Positions 36,219-51,200 of a stretch of 64,000 nt of DNA are shown piece after piece. The position numbers were made by a program, and so were the translations under genes. Every line of letters begins with the position of its first letter. The stretch's first letter is position 1. The stretch is from NCBI RefSeq assembly GCF_964204865.1, contig NC_135255.1:1736001-1800000 (forward strand), in the 5' to 3' direction. Source of the DNA: Styela clava. Its lineage: Eukaryota. The notes below the pieces were generated by a model. That model made no database searches and had not been told where the DNA came from. It saw only the letters and a list, made by a program, of their open reading frames with translations.

Positions 36219-39200
36219 ATGTCAAGTTTGGTGTCCTGTCTTCTAGGTGAGTTTGAAATATCAAAGTTCACAATGTTACGCTCGCTGACATACCTGAAGC
36301 GGAAGCAATGATTTTTTATATTTTAATTTTATGGTGGATAGGATGTATCATACATATCATAGGAGCTATATCGCTGCCATGTCAGTTTTTTTTAATTGAT
36401 TCTTAGGTATTACTATTATTTATAAAGAAGTGAGACAGAGACTGATATACCAATCGAGTTCTAATAATAATTTAAAATACACATTTGACATAGTCAAATG
36501 TTTTTTTTTGCTATGCGAAACGTAGATCGGGTGCGATTGCGCTCTTTACCTGAAAACATATGCCTATGATATGAATAATGTACAGCGTTTATATATATTG
36601 GTAAGTGGAAACTGAAATAATGTGAGACAAATGGATGAGGTACTCATACTTTTTATATCACTTTTTTCCTATTAGATCAGCTCAACCTCAATGGTCTTGA
36701 AAAAAGCTGATAATGAACTATATAACAAATAACCCATCAAGAATTATTTTGTAGTCTATGTCCGACGTTAAAGCTGTTACTTTTAAGTGGCGTTCAACAG
36801 AATCACGTCAAAGGAGAGGGCGAAAGGTGTATGTCAACTTTGCAAATATATATAGCCTAGGTTTGTTAAAAAGACCAATGGTCGACTGTCAAGAATCGAA
36901 ATCTTTCAACGCGACTAAGCTTAGGTAGATTTATTGGGACTTGGTCGTAATAAAATATTAGTAAAGGAAATTGCATCAATCATTATAACACCGTTAAATT
37001 ATATAACATCATGAATTGTTTTAAACTGTGTACAGGCAGGGATGATAGCTCGGCCAAACAAATAAGCAGGCAAATAGAACAACAGCTCAAGGATGACAAG
37101 AAGACGGCACGAACCCAAGTGAAACTATTAGTGCTAGGTACTTCTGAAAGCGGAAAATCAACATTTTTGAAACAGGTGGGCTGAAGTGATGATTTCCTTG
37201 ACGTACTACAATAATTAGTATTTCAAAATTTAACGAGATTGAAACGAATATTATGGCTTCAATATCTCAGTGATAAAAAGCCTGAGGAACGAACACCCCT
37301 GTGATATATTGATGATGCCAACAGGCTAGGACTAAACCTTTTTGATACTTTTTTGTAGAAAGATATGAATGTGATCGCTGCATGAAAAGTTGTGTATGTG
37401 CGTGGGAGAATGAATTATTTGACTTTTCGATGATGGGCCATTAAATAAAAAGCATTTGCTACTTATTTTTTATTTTTGTTTGCCAAAGTGGTTTTCCGTA
37501 CAAAACAAAGTGTTTTAAATCAAAACAAAAAATACTGACCAATTCGCGAGATACGTGTAATCGCACATGTACGTGTTTTGGAGGCTTTTCGTATCTTTGA
37601 GTGTTTGTGTGCACTGCGCATGTGATTCAGGTTTTTCATTGTGTTGACGCTCGCTATATCAGCAAGCTGTTTGCCCTTTACCCTTTTCGCAAAGGCTTCT
37701 ATCACACTTCCTCTGCCCGGTGTTCACTGCATATTATGCGTTCCATTGCCGACAATACCGACGCGCTTTTGTAATATGAGTCGTATCAGCTTGCGAGGCT
37801 CGCAAACCTTAACCGCAAGTAGTCTTCGGGGTAGCAATTTGTCATTATTTTCGGCAAGTTTTGCTATACCGGTCGTCAGTGTCACAGCACACCGTTCAAG
37901 AAGTAGTTTGGTTGCAACAATCACAACTTATACCTATTTTGGATTTGCAAAATATTTGCATCCCAAACATGGGGTATCTGTGGGTCTTGTTTTGAAAGCA
38001 ATATCGATTAGCAACTCAGGAGTGGCCAAGCGTCAGTCTTCCAGTCTACAAAAGCTATGTATATTGACATGTTAATTGCGTCTACCATTTCTATGAACCC
38101 CGCGTTCGCGACGGTTACGTCGTCTGTATGGTGCTGTAATATCCGGTATTGGCGTGGCGTCGTTTTCAATCCGGGCTGAAAAGGTCGCAATATTGGTGTA
38201 TCAGTTAAAGTAGGCTGACCAACAAGAAAGCGAGACACGCTGATTGTAATATTACCAGGGTTGGCAATTATCCTGTTGTTAATTTTTGTCCGGTTGATAT
38301 TGTGATATTTGAGGCAAACATTCGCAATTTTAAACAATATTTACGGCACACTTATAATATTATGTAATTTCTCGTTTTTGTTACCACTCAGCGTACATGA
38401 TATGATGATTCACCACTCCAGTTGTCGCCTATGATAGTCTGTTATGTATAACGATTTCAGCAGACCTAGATCCTAAGGCTGAGTGACTGACTCATTGACT
38501 AATCAGCCTGGAATTTGTGCCTGCGCTAATGCTTCATGGTATGGACGTTTTCCAATGTTCAAGTGAACTACAAATGTTCAAAACCGATTAATTCTGGACG
38601 TTTCCTATTAATTCTGGAAGTAAAAGTTGACCACTTTTATGACATTCAATTCAATGTTCAAGAGTATCTTCCAGCAAAAAAATATGATCTCCATATAATA
38701 TTATTTTGATTTTTAAAATTATTATAGCACTAGAAAGCACTAGTTTCAACACAATCACATAAAAATACCTGTGAGATTCAAGCTTGTATCCAGTGTTTTG
38801 ATTTTACCATTTTACCTTACCAGTCAAAACTAGTCAGTCGCCACGGCTATTTCCGTCCACTTTACTGCTATAATTGGGTTGATTTGGCGGAGGTAATCAT
38901 ATTTGGCAAGAACTTGTGATTGTGACACATTATTATTTTAAGAAACACATGCGACAGTGCAATTTGTGCTTATGTCAATAAAGTCTGCTGTAAAATATTT
39001 CTAAAATATCATATCATGAAATTTTCGATATCACAATATATGTACCAATATCTTTTGACTTTTGGGAGACTCTCCGTGTTGTTTCAAGCATGGGCTCACG
39101 ATGCTTATTAGGGCTTTTCTGATACGATTGTCCTTTGGTGACTATATAATAATAGTGCAGTATAATACAGAAGATAGAATACACCATCTTTTGATTTCTA

Positions 39201-42200
39201 TATTTTTAACCTGATCGAAATTTGTTCTTTTGTTCAAATTTTGTCGTAAATGATACTGGTCTTTGTAGAACGCTTTATTCGGTCAATACGGAATCTGAAG
39301 AATGGCACTATTAGTTCACTGAATATCATTCAATTCATCGAAAATTTTTAAATTCTATTGAATCCGATTTCTAAATATCATGGTTTGTTTCAGCCATATG
39401 TCAGTTCTATTGGTATAATTCACAAATGTGAATTCTGTAGGAGCGAAATGAAGATATTCTTTAGAACGAATAAAGTTGGAAACGTGCATATCCATTGTGG
39501 TGAATGGAGGAAGCGCGTCGGCGAAGCTTGACTTGTAATCTAAGCAGCCTGATGGAAATAACCTTTTCAGGACAAATTTCTGTTGTTAAGATTGGAATTG
39601 TTTACTGTAAAAATGCTTTTCTCAATCCAATCTCAACAACAAAAAAATTGTCCCGAAAAGGTAATTTTTAGCGTGAATCTTAGATTACATATCGACAAAG
39701 ATTCGGGAAGTCCCACCTATTAAACTCATATACACCACGTCTTTGTCTGACTGTATAAGTTAATTTATGAATAGAGAAATCAATAATTTTAATGACATGA
39801 AATGTTGTTGTCAGTTATTTTCTCTCGCCAATCTTATTTGCTTTTTGACAACTTGCAATATCCCGCAGTTCGAATTGTATGATATCGAGAGAGTCAAATA
39901 AGAAATATATTCAGGTGAATAAAAAATGGAATTATTACAAATTGGTGAATAAGGCAATTGAATTCATATGATTTTTTTCCATTATGCTTGAAACAGAGAC
40001 TAAGAAGCTAGCACTGGAATATACATATCGCAATTTTTTGAAAAGAGTTGTATTTTCGGTATAATACGATACATATACACACTACATGTGTTAGATGGCG
40101 TTATTATCCTCACCCTCACGAATCACTTTACCACATTTTTTCGCAGTTTTCGTTGCTAATATACTGTTGATTGATACATGTGCTATGTGTAGTATACACA
40201 CAGTGATAATTGCACAATATCCGGAGAAATACGCTCATAAATCGTGATGTCATATTTTAAGCTTGCCGGTTCAGTAATTAATCACCGAGAGTAATAACTT
40301 TCGAAGTTCAACTCAGTGTATTTCTGTTGGTAAAAAGATAACGCAGTTGCGCTCGTAATGGAAATTGACCGTCCGACACCATATACGAACTTCTTCAAAG
40401 GGTTGATTGTCTCTCATAATAATATGATTAAGTTTATATAGACTGTGACTTAAGGAATTTGTGGTCACCAACACAAAAGTATGAAAATACAATGAAAACA
40501 AAAAAAAATTGAAACTAATAAAATCATGTCTGTCTTTGTATCCATTTCTTCGACCAGAGGTTTAAAGGGGCGAAGTTCTTTAACAGTCGTGAAGAGCTCG
40601 TAGAACGCAATTCATTCTATTTTTAATTCTTCTTAATAATTTGAAATACAGCCTTGGACAACTTGCGTAAATTTAACTGTTATTCCTAATTGATGTTTTG
40701 TTCATTGGAAAGATATTGATGGAGACACTACGTCTTCAGCGACCTTTCAGTTGTATTTCTACTGCTGTAAATCAGGTCAGCCAAGTTGATAAGAGATTGG
40801 TTTGATGATAGGTAACATACATAGTAAAGTGAATAATTATATTATGATTGTATGAAGATATTAGTATAGCCTACAATTGTTCATTCTATAAGATGACACT
40901 TCAGCGGTCGAATGCCTACTTAACACATTCAAGTTACCTGGTACCATTTCGGCATGACACGATATCGACCCAAACATGATTATGACTAAAGCCATGGGCT
41001 TTGTAAAGAGTCAAGACCTAAAAAAATACATTTTCGTAATTTTTGTACGAGTTGGACATCTACCCATCCGGTATAAGCTAATTAAGGTCAAGCATTCGAA
41101 CATTGGGTTTAATCGAGATCAACTCGGTTGTTGTTGGCCTTCACTGCATATAATTCGTAACGATGTGTAAACAAACAACTTCAAATGAACTTACATGTAA
41201 CCAATCTTTATTTATTTTTCGCGCCTGCTGGTATGAGATAGACCCACACGGAATGCTACAACTTTGTTTTAAATTAAGTATGTTTCGTGTCAACGAGCCA
41301 ACGTTGTCTCATTCCTTTCAATAAAAGCGACAAGCATAACTCAAAATTATTCAAAATAGTCACATGTTTTAAATACCCCTCCGTGCACTCGAGTTTGGCT
41401 ACGAGCCTGCTCTTAATTTTGCTGTACTTTAGTTTCATGTACAATTGCAGAATATTACTCGAAATTATGCTGGAACGCATTCACATGTTTGACAATGACT
41501 TCCGCTATTTTTCCAAATGTTTTCCCTATTTTACCTTCACAATGGTCAAAACGATGATAGATCAACATAGATGTACATGTAAAATCAATAATTTAGAGTG
41601 GATCAAAAGATTATTCAGGCCAGTCCACTCGATAATACAGCCGGGTCACACCTTTAATCGATCACGACCTTCTAAAATATTTGCCAAATTTTTGATGTCG
41701 ATCACAATTCCGCTTTCGGTTTTCTTGCGATATGTAGTAAATTATTTTACGTAGCTAATTGGACGTTTTCCACCGGCCGCCTGGCAAAAAAAATGGAAGT
41801 TTCGATTGATTTTTTTAGTTGTGTTCTACGAATTTGTTCCCCTTTCCGAGTTTTAGAAAAATCCAGCATGCTTATTTTACGCCTCAATATTCTTCCAAAT
41901 ATAGTCATATTAATCACAAATCTAAGTATGTTATTAATAATGATTCCGGATACACAATAACAATTGAATGTGAATTGAAATTCAAGCTTGAATTGTTTTG
42001 CGATTCATTGTATATTTTTTGTTTTGCGAACCAACTAGTGAGATTGAATTTGATTCAGATTACGCTTTCGCTTCAAATTTTATTCCAGTACATTTGGAAT
42101 AAACTCGCGCGAATGTGCGTGTAACTTAATAGGGAATGAAAACTCATTTTGGGATTAAAATTACGCCGCGAGGGGATTCATTATAGTAAACCAAAAATAC

Positions 42201-45200
42201 AATATATCAGAGAGCGGTAGTATTTCTCCCAGAATAATTTACCAAAAATAGAAAATCAAAAAAAATGCAGCGTCGCTCTGATTTGAATATATTCGGAGTT
42301 TATATTATCTACAAAAACTTTGAATCAGCAGCATATTTTGTGTAACATAAATGCTACTCTACGATTGAGTTAACCCTATAATTCCATGGTTTGCTTCAAG
42401 ATGTATACGAAGTTAAAAATAGAATAATCTTAATCTTTGGCATGTTCAACGGTCTCAAAAAATGAGATTTCGTAAATTCAAAGAGTAAAAATAAATTATT
42501 TGTTCCGGATTAGAGTTTTTAGCAAACTCTCAGTATTATTGAACATATATTTACACTCTGTCCAAAGAATAATGCTTTTCTTCATTTATTATTTAGGCTA
42601 TTGTGTATTTTTGAAACGAAATCCATCACCGATTCTCGTTTTGAAAAACAGTAAAATTACAGAACAAGATTACGTTAACCTAACTATCGAATACCATCCA
42701 TTCTTTGAATTATATGACAGATTTTCATTGGGCCTGCTCTGTCTCCTGCTTTTCTCATTTTCGTGTAGTGCACATCGATGAACATGCATGTCGATATAAT
42801 CGAGAACTGTAACAACAATGAAATGATTGTTGCAGATAAAACTAAATTATTTGCGTGAAATAAATGAATTTACTCAAAAATTCCCAAAAATGTTTATTTG
42901 TCAAAATATTATCCACTGTGATCTCTCGTTCTGTGAAAATGGAATCTGCATAAACATCATAGAAAATTAATAACCGTAACAAAAAAGCCGAAGATTTAAA
43001 TGCTCTGTGGCTCTGTTTACCATTTTTATTTTCACTATATGTTGTTTTCCAATTTCCTCGACGCTTCGTTTTGTGTGTCATGGAGCGCTTATGATGACAA
43101 CGGAACATCATAAAACATTTGTACAAACCTAATCCTTCCGTGATCCGTTTCGTTGGTTATCTAATCTCAATTTGTTATCTTATCAGATGAGGATTATACA
43201 TGGGACGGGATATTCAGACGAAGAAAGATTAACATTTGTGTCACTGATTGCGCAAAATATCCATTCATCGATGAGAATTCTCATAAAATCTATGAAGTAT
43301 CTGAGTAAGTTGAAATACTTTCTGAATCTTGATTTTTAGCTTTCGCTGAACATCCAACCCAGCCATTCAGAATTTGTCGACAACTAGTTAGTTTGCAATG
43401 TTCATCATTCACGAATCTTTCCAGATCGTTTGAAATTAAGATAAAATGCAATTAATTTCATATAAACATGTTTTAAATAAGATTGAAAAAATATTGAGAT
43501 CTGTGCTTTTTCACATGTTCTCGAGGTATATAATTGTGTACGAGTCAATTTTTGTAAATATAGTTCTCCAAGAACAGTGGCAATTTTATAATTGAAATAT
43601 TGTATGATGTCGAGAAATTGAAATTATGTTTACTGCTGAGTGCTGATTATTACTACTCTACCTATTGTACCACATAAATAACACTGCATATATATTGCAA
43701 AAAAAGGTGCATTAAGATTAAATTTATTGTGCATAAATATAATTTACTGAATGGAAATTGTTATAAGTCAAAATCGATTTGCTAAACGTGGTACCAAAAT
43801 ATTTATATTGAATTATCCTCACCCATACCCATCACATTGATATTGTATATACTTCAAGAGAACAATAGACGTTAGGGAGAATTTTGCGTTTCCGTCCATT
43901 TTCTATTTTGAAAAGGAAAATCTCAATTGCAAGAGAAAACAACCCTAGTTGTCCATTCGAAATTTTCACCGTACAATACGCCCTTGTTAAGTTAATAAAA
44001 TACTTCATTATGAAAACGACTGAAGACAATTAAAAACAATATTGGCAAGGGAAACAACCTCATGTCATCGGTCGTTTATGTATTCACGCTCTGTTCAAAT
44101 ATCCGGTTAGGACCGCCAGATTTAGATCATTTCAAAAGACCAACATAGATAGTAAATGGGGGCCATGTGTATTAAAATATTAAATTAGACATATTTACCT
44201 CGTTGATAATTTGTATATAAAATAGTTTTGGCATTGGTTGCTTATCATTTTTTCACCCAATGGCAGCAGCGAAGGTGTTGAATTCGGATTTTCCGAGAAC
44301 ACTCATTATTTATTTAAACCGCAGGTCATTTTAGATATAGGGTATGAGACAAATTCAGGGAGCAATACCGCATGAAGAGTCATTAATCACAGAGTGACAT
44401 ACATTGACTTTGAATATAGCCAGCCCGACATAAATAAATCATGGTTAAAAAACAAATCCATCTGAAAGCTGAATGATGACGTAAATATGATTTTACTCTA
44501 TCACAACTTCAGTAATACTATATAATCTGACGTCGTATGGATTGAACTATTTCCAATTTCATTACTGAACTTTAACTCCTTATATAACAATATGAATTTC
44601 GCTTAATCATAACATACTCGTACCAGGAAGGTTGTAAACGCAATCGCGCGTACCAGACTCTAAAATCTATTCCACAATCAGGGATGTGCATTGAAAAAAA
44701 ATCGTACAGAATTATGAAGTATAATTTGCTAAAGGCTCGTGATCAATGACGTTATATATTCATAATTTCTATGCACAGTATATTGAATGAGTCAACTAAT
44801 AATCTTTAGTTATCGCATCCCATTGCGAAGCAACATAAGAAATTTTCGAGCCAGTTATACAAATTTTCAATTCAATTATTTAAATATAGTATAGGCTCAA
44901 CGATTTTTTCTGAATTCGGTAATATATATATATATATATACACGTGCTTGGGTTTCACTCATAAAATCAGTATACGGTATCAAAAGGCATTAGTTTTGCG
45001 AAAGGGAGTGTAGCAATAAATTTGCCGGAATAGATAAATGTCGAAGAAGGCAAATTGATGTATTCTGGCGCTGGATAAAAATATAGCAATAAAGACTTTC
45101 CCATAAAATATGATACGCAAGGAATGCCGAGCTAAAATGTTGTCTTGAATACGCGTAAAATACGATACAACTTGACTTGCTTTCAGATCAATGTTCACCA

Positions 45201-48200
45201 CTTGCTTCTGGTTTTATCTACGATATGTCCTCACGTGTTCCTGGATAACAATATATTTTCTTAGATTCACAACGGGGCGTGGATTAAGAAGCAATTACTT
45301 TCTTTTTACATCTTTAATTCATCATACTTGTGCGTGCAATAAACTGATAAGTTATATATCCTCATGAATATTCATTAATATACATTCCTCTCCGATTGTA
45401 AGACAAACAGTGAAAACAATATAAATTCTTATTAATTTTAATAAAGTGATCGATTTTAGTATTTGCAAACCAGTAAGAAAAGTGTGGTAAAATTCTCTAT
45501 AATAACAGTGGATGCGTAATATTCGTGACGTTATCCCATAGAGCAGGGATGGCGAACCCCTGACCCACCGCGTTTTCTAAGGCCCGTCATCAAGTCACGA
45601 AGTAATTAAATAAACTTACTAACATTTCGGCGATGAAAAATTAATAAAAAAGGGCGTCATTTAATCCTTCAAGTGATGAACCACTATAGTATACTGATAT
45701 GCAGCTACTGATAACAATGCTGTTACAACGTTTATGGCATAACGCTACAATTCATCAGTTCATTTCTCGCAACTTCTCTTTGTACACAGATTTCATTTCG
45801 AAGGCCCATGAACAGAGTAGGTTTTTCAGTAATGCAGACATTATGACCCACAGTCTTCTTTTCTATAATAAAAATATATATTTTGACTCATTCAATAAAA
45901 AAGGTTCTCCCCATCTCTCCCTCAGGTCATAGGCCAACCCCCACCAGAGACACTTTGTGTAAGCATTTTTAATCAGGGTAGATATGGAGGAAAATGATAT
46001 TGTAACCTTTTTTTTACTTGAATTTTAATGTTGACAACAACTGGTGAAAACACGTCTTCTCATCTACATATGTATCCTAATATAAATGAACCCTTGACAA
46101 CAATTGTCTTCTTGAGTTTCTTGGAGTTTGAACGCAAAGAATACGTAGGTCGAAAGTGATAATTTAGAAAAAATCGAATTTTCTGGTCGTCATAACACGC
46201 CATCCTCTAATTTGTCAAATTACCAGTTCAGTTGTCAAATCTTGTTTACGTTCTTCGATATGCGAATTGAATTTTTTATAATCGGACATAACGCAAAAAT
46301 GCGCATGCGTGAGTATGCCGGATAATTATTACGTAATTAAGATGATCAATTCCTTCGATGCTAATCATGCCTATCCCATGTGTATAGAACCATTCGTTTG
46401 TACCTGGGGTAATTAAAGCGAATGGTTTTTTTTCCTCATTATGGATACAGCCAGTATATGTGATCAGACAAATCCTGAAAAAAATGTTGCGCCATATTTG
46501 AGAATTATAGATTCCATGACGTCATCTGTATCCAATAACATATCAATTTATTGAAATCTATCTTGCTTCCGCGCAGTGACGTCGTGATCAATAAAACTAC
46601 ACGACTCAACGCAACAAGCTAATTAAGTTGCGCCATATTGTTCTACAGTGGTATACTTTTTCAATTGTGTGGAGTGAGCTGGAAAAGATTACATTTTTTA
46701 TTGGCAATAATTTTAAAACTTTGTTGAATTTTTACTGTTACGTTGTCAATGGTCTCAAGTGAGATGAACTACATCTAAGATAAGGCGGCCATTTGTTTCA
46801 ATTGGGCATTAAAATGTTCACTCGCAAGTAACTACCAACTCCATAACAAAGTAGTGTCACTCGTCTTGACAAGATGCTCTGTGGAATAAGGTTATTAAAC
46901 TCAAAGTTTATCGCTTCTCCAACATACGTATTAATGTTTGCAACAATGATTTTAACTGTTATTAGTTTGGAAAGAATGGTAACACGGAAGATAACTTGCG
47001 AAATTCAGTTTTTTATTGAAACGTTTCATAAAACTTTTTATTTTATTAAACTCTCACACAACCAATCAGTCAGTGATTTTGTATTCTAACAAGTTACATT
47101 TAATGTAATGTCTGTCCAATTAAATCACTTATTCGATATAATATATGTGCATATTTCAACAAAAAAAAACAAATGACTATCTCTTCAAGTTCTATTTTGG
47201 CACAGAGCGGTCTGTGATGGGTTGAAAGTTATACCGTCTCGGCTAGCGTTGTTTTTGCGTAGATTGATAATAATGTGTTCCGTCACTCCCTTTCGCGCTT
47301 TCGTAAAATTAAATAAATATAGTAAAATACGAGATAGCTTTCTCTTGGAAAATATGCATAGCTGATAAAAATTTGCCCATTTTTGTAAATTGCGCATTTT
47401 TTTGGAATTCTAGATTATTATTCTGATTGTTTGCAACAGTTCTTCGTTCTTCGTAGCATGCTCAGATAAATTATTCAAGATCACGGCGATTTTATCGAGG
47501 AAAAAATTATCTGTAATTGTGGTATTTCTAGTAAAATTAAATTTTACCGGATTGGCTAATTTCACAGTCCTCTTTGAAATAAGCGATATCGACAACATTT
47601 CAGTCTTGTTGAAAAAGAAAATAACTGTTGATCACCCGCCATTTGTCAGACTATGACAGGAAAATCACGATCTTTCAAATGTCCAAATCTCTGTCTGAGA
47701 TTGGATTTGATATATACACGCTTCTCCATATGTAGATGTTTGTTGAATCGCGTGTTATTGAGCACGTGTACAAGTACTTTTTATAAACAAGTATATAACA
47801 CTGTATTTGATGAATGCCGCCTGCATACAGGCGTAAACATATGCATTTTTAAAAATACGAATCTAGTAATCGCTTCGTTACATTTATAATTTCGTTCACA
47901 GAATGGCGATAGTTTATTCGAAAAAACCGGCTAGAAAGTGCAATATATCTCATAGGACATTTATATTGTGCAACTTTTGGTGCTTCAATCTAAGCCTAGT
48001 GGAATTTCTGCCAATTCATGTAAATTCCCTGAATCGAACGTGACTCCATTGTGTAATATACACCACAATGTCATATATCTAAGCAAAAATTATTGAAAAT
48101 ATTTGAAACATTTCACGGCGGTATAATAATTTTTTCTATGTACACGTTAAATTCGTTTCAAGGATGTCTGAGAAAGAGCAGTTGTATTCGATGGTTCCAA

Positions 48201-51200
48201 AAGTTGTAAATTTATTATTCTAGGAGGTCCACAGAGATTATTATAACTCCGGCAGCTTAGGATGGATGTCACCAGATTATTTTGTATGACTAGATCAGAT
48301 CTTTTTATACCTTTACGTCAATTAAACTGAAAATATACGCAGTACGTGTGAACACAAATAGAAAGACGTAAAGCTACCCAAAATATAACTATTTCTAGAG
48401 TGCCGTGTATTTCATTTAATAAAGAAACACAAAGTAATGCTGTTTCAAAACAGTGCGCCGAATAAAAATAAATAACATATGTTTTGTTCATCAGAGGGAA
48501 ACGACCTAAGTATTATTCGCCAAGTAAGTTACATAGATATATCAATGCATAATGCTACATGACGTAATGCACCTCTAAGGAATGTAGGGGAAATATAAAC
48601 CATTATACGTAGATACCACATGTTCGTGTTACAAAAATTTCCGAAGGAAACTTTTCTATGAGCTATGTACCATATGCAAAAGACAATGTGAATTCTAGAA
48701 AACCTTCATTCTAAATAAATTATTTCAACAACACCCATCCAAACAAATTTCTCCCTTCCAACAGCCTTCGGTTAGTATTTCCATTTTTTTTTAGATATCA
48801 GCTTTGAAAAACACGAAAATGAAGAAATCGCTTTTAATTATGAAGACAGTGAAGCCGAAACAGAAACCAGTTCGAGTCTCTCACTCAAAACTGGAAATGA
48901 TTTTGCAAAACTATGGAATGACGCGGGTGTACAACAGTGCTTTGCGTGAGTGGAATAATATACAAATTATATTTCAGGCTTTCAAGGTCATTGTTTTGAC
49001 AGGAAAAAGAATGATCGAAATACATATTTGAAATTAATTGACAATGTTATTTACTTATTTAGTTATTATTCTGTCCTATACCATAGAGCAGGTGGGTGGT
49101 GGCATAAACTTCATATACGAACGTCGTATTTAAGAGTTTCATTACTATAAAATATTAATAAATTTTCGCGCTTTCATCGTATTATGCGAAACCATTATAC
49201 AATATTCTCAACTCCAATGATGCTTTATTTCTACATGACACATTGAGAAATCCCCCTTTTAGATATTTAAATACAACTAAGCGGATGAACATAATATTTC
49301 GCTTGAATTGTTCTTGATGGCTTAATATGAACGACAATGTGTAATATGATATAACTATTCAAGCTGACTTTACGTCATTCATGGCAAATTCCAGTTACTT
49401 TGATAGATTTTATCAGTAATTGAGGTTCCAGCACAAAACTTCCAACATCCCGTTTCACGTAGTTCTGTAGGAACTATTCAATTAACGGTAAAATACCATT
49501 GAATACGAGCCCATCATAAACATTTTCTATAATGTATGTCAATACTGCCTATACTGTGGGATATATTTGATGACTAAGCGCACGATTGCTCATCCATATG
49601 GTGACAAATTTAGTTGTTCGATATATGTGGTATGGTTAGTAACTCATATCCTAATGATTTGGTTTTTCAATTTATTTTTAGTGAAGCAAAACTATCTTTA
49701 CACTCATGAAATTCCATGATATATGAGCTTAAGTCACGGAAAGTTCCCCCAGCTTTCCCTTTTATCATAAAGTATGCCTCATTACTTGGGCAAGATGATG
49801 TGATCAAAATGATGTTTGTATAGTAATTCGGAAAGTCATTGGAGTACAATTACGACATGATACCCACGCATATCTGTGCAAAAATCTTCAAGTTTCAATG
49901 TATTTTAATTTGGGCGCATATTACTACTACAATCATCCGCTTGAGTTTTCTATTTTTTTCATTTCAGAAGACGAGATGAATTTCAACTTTCCGATTCTAC
50001 CGCATATTTTATGAATAATCTAGAACGGATATCAGAAAAGGGCTACATCCCGTCGTTACAGGTATGGGGCCATCTGTTGTGTCTAATGGTAAATTTGTAT
50101 CGTTTTTGGTCATTGTAATAGTAAAATTGCTATATCATATTCTGGTTATATTACACATTTAGCTGCAACATATATAATGCTTCTATTACATAGTTCGCTA
50201 TTCGATAAAATTTACATTTTCGAATTAGTTACCAACGTTGCTTTTTGAAGCTTCCAAAATCCTCTGTGAATAACTGCAATTGAACCGTGAAAGATTTTGT
50301 GAATTCAAACACAAAACGAATGAGATACAAATTGTCTTTGATAAAGCTTCAAACATTTTGGAACTTGTTATATCAAAACATCTGAAAAATTGAATGACTA
50401 AATTGCATTATCTGCGCAACAAAGATGGCGATTTCCTAATCTTAATCTCTAATTCTTTTGTTAAATTTTAACGTTAGGGAGATGAATGCGTCCTCTAAAA
50501 TTCATTGTACTGCCACCTGGTATTGCTGTTCAAAAAATACCAATCATTGGTGACTAACGTGGTCCTCGATTATTAGGTTTTTCGATTTAATTACCAATAC
50601 TGATTCATCGTTTCTCAAAAATAATGAATCATTCAAAATATATTTTGTGCGCGCGTAGGCAATACAAACTGAAAACGCAAACATGCAAAATATTTCCTTT
50701 TATCAGCACACGAAATCGCTAAATTGAATTACAGGCGCTCAAATTACGCGGTAAAGAAATATTTACTCACTTACATATGTGCCATGCGCCAGAATAAAAT
50801 CAGATCTTTTTCCTTATTTTAACTTGAGGTTCAAAACCTTTAATATCGATGAATAGCATTTCCCTGCAATCGCTGGTTTAGTCCAATTGAAATTAGTTCC
50901 AATTATGCTTTGTTCCAAATGATTTAATTTGTGTGGCTTTTGTGATACTTTGAGTGCCTATAAAATCAACTACGCATATTCACATTTTGGTGTTATCCAT
51001 ATTACCATAAATCGCTCAAATTACTTTACATGCAGAGAGAAGACCAATTTATCCCAACAAGTCGCGCTGGTTCATCCACATGCAAACTCAGAAAAATGCT
51101 TCCAAAGTTGTATTTTATACACATAAATTATAGGGGGTTTATTTAGCCGCGAAAGCAGCAGCTGTAAATTTTTACGATCAGGCACGAGGTATCAACACTC

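Noticed and set aside
37500-38345. GC-richer intronic block with several ORFs and a faint piggyBac-like Cys motif (RRYCRQ...KCDRSLC) on the minus strand
   Set aside because: The motifs are too degraded, and no TTAA TSD or TIRs were identified. Probably an old TE, but not supportable without a search.
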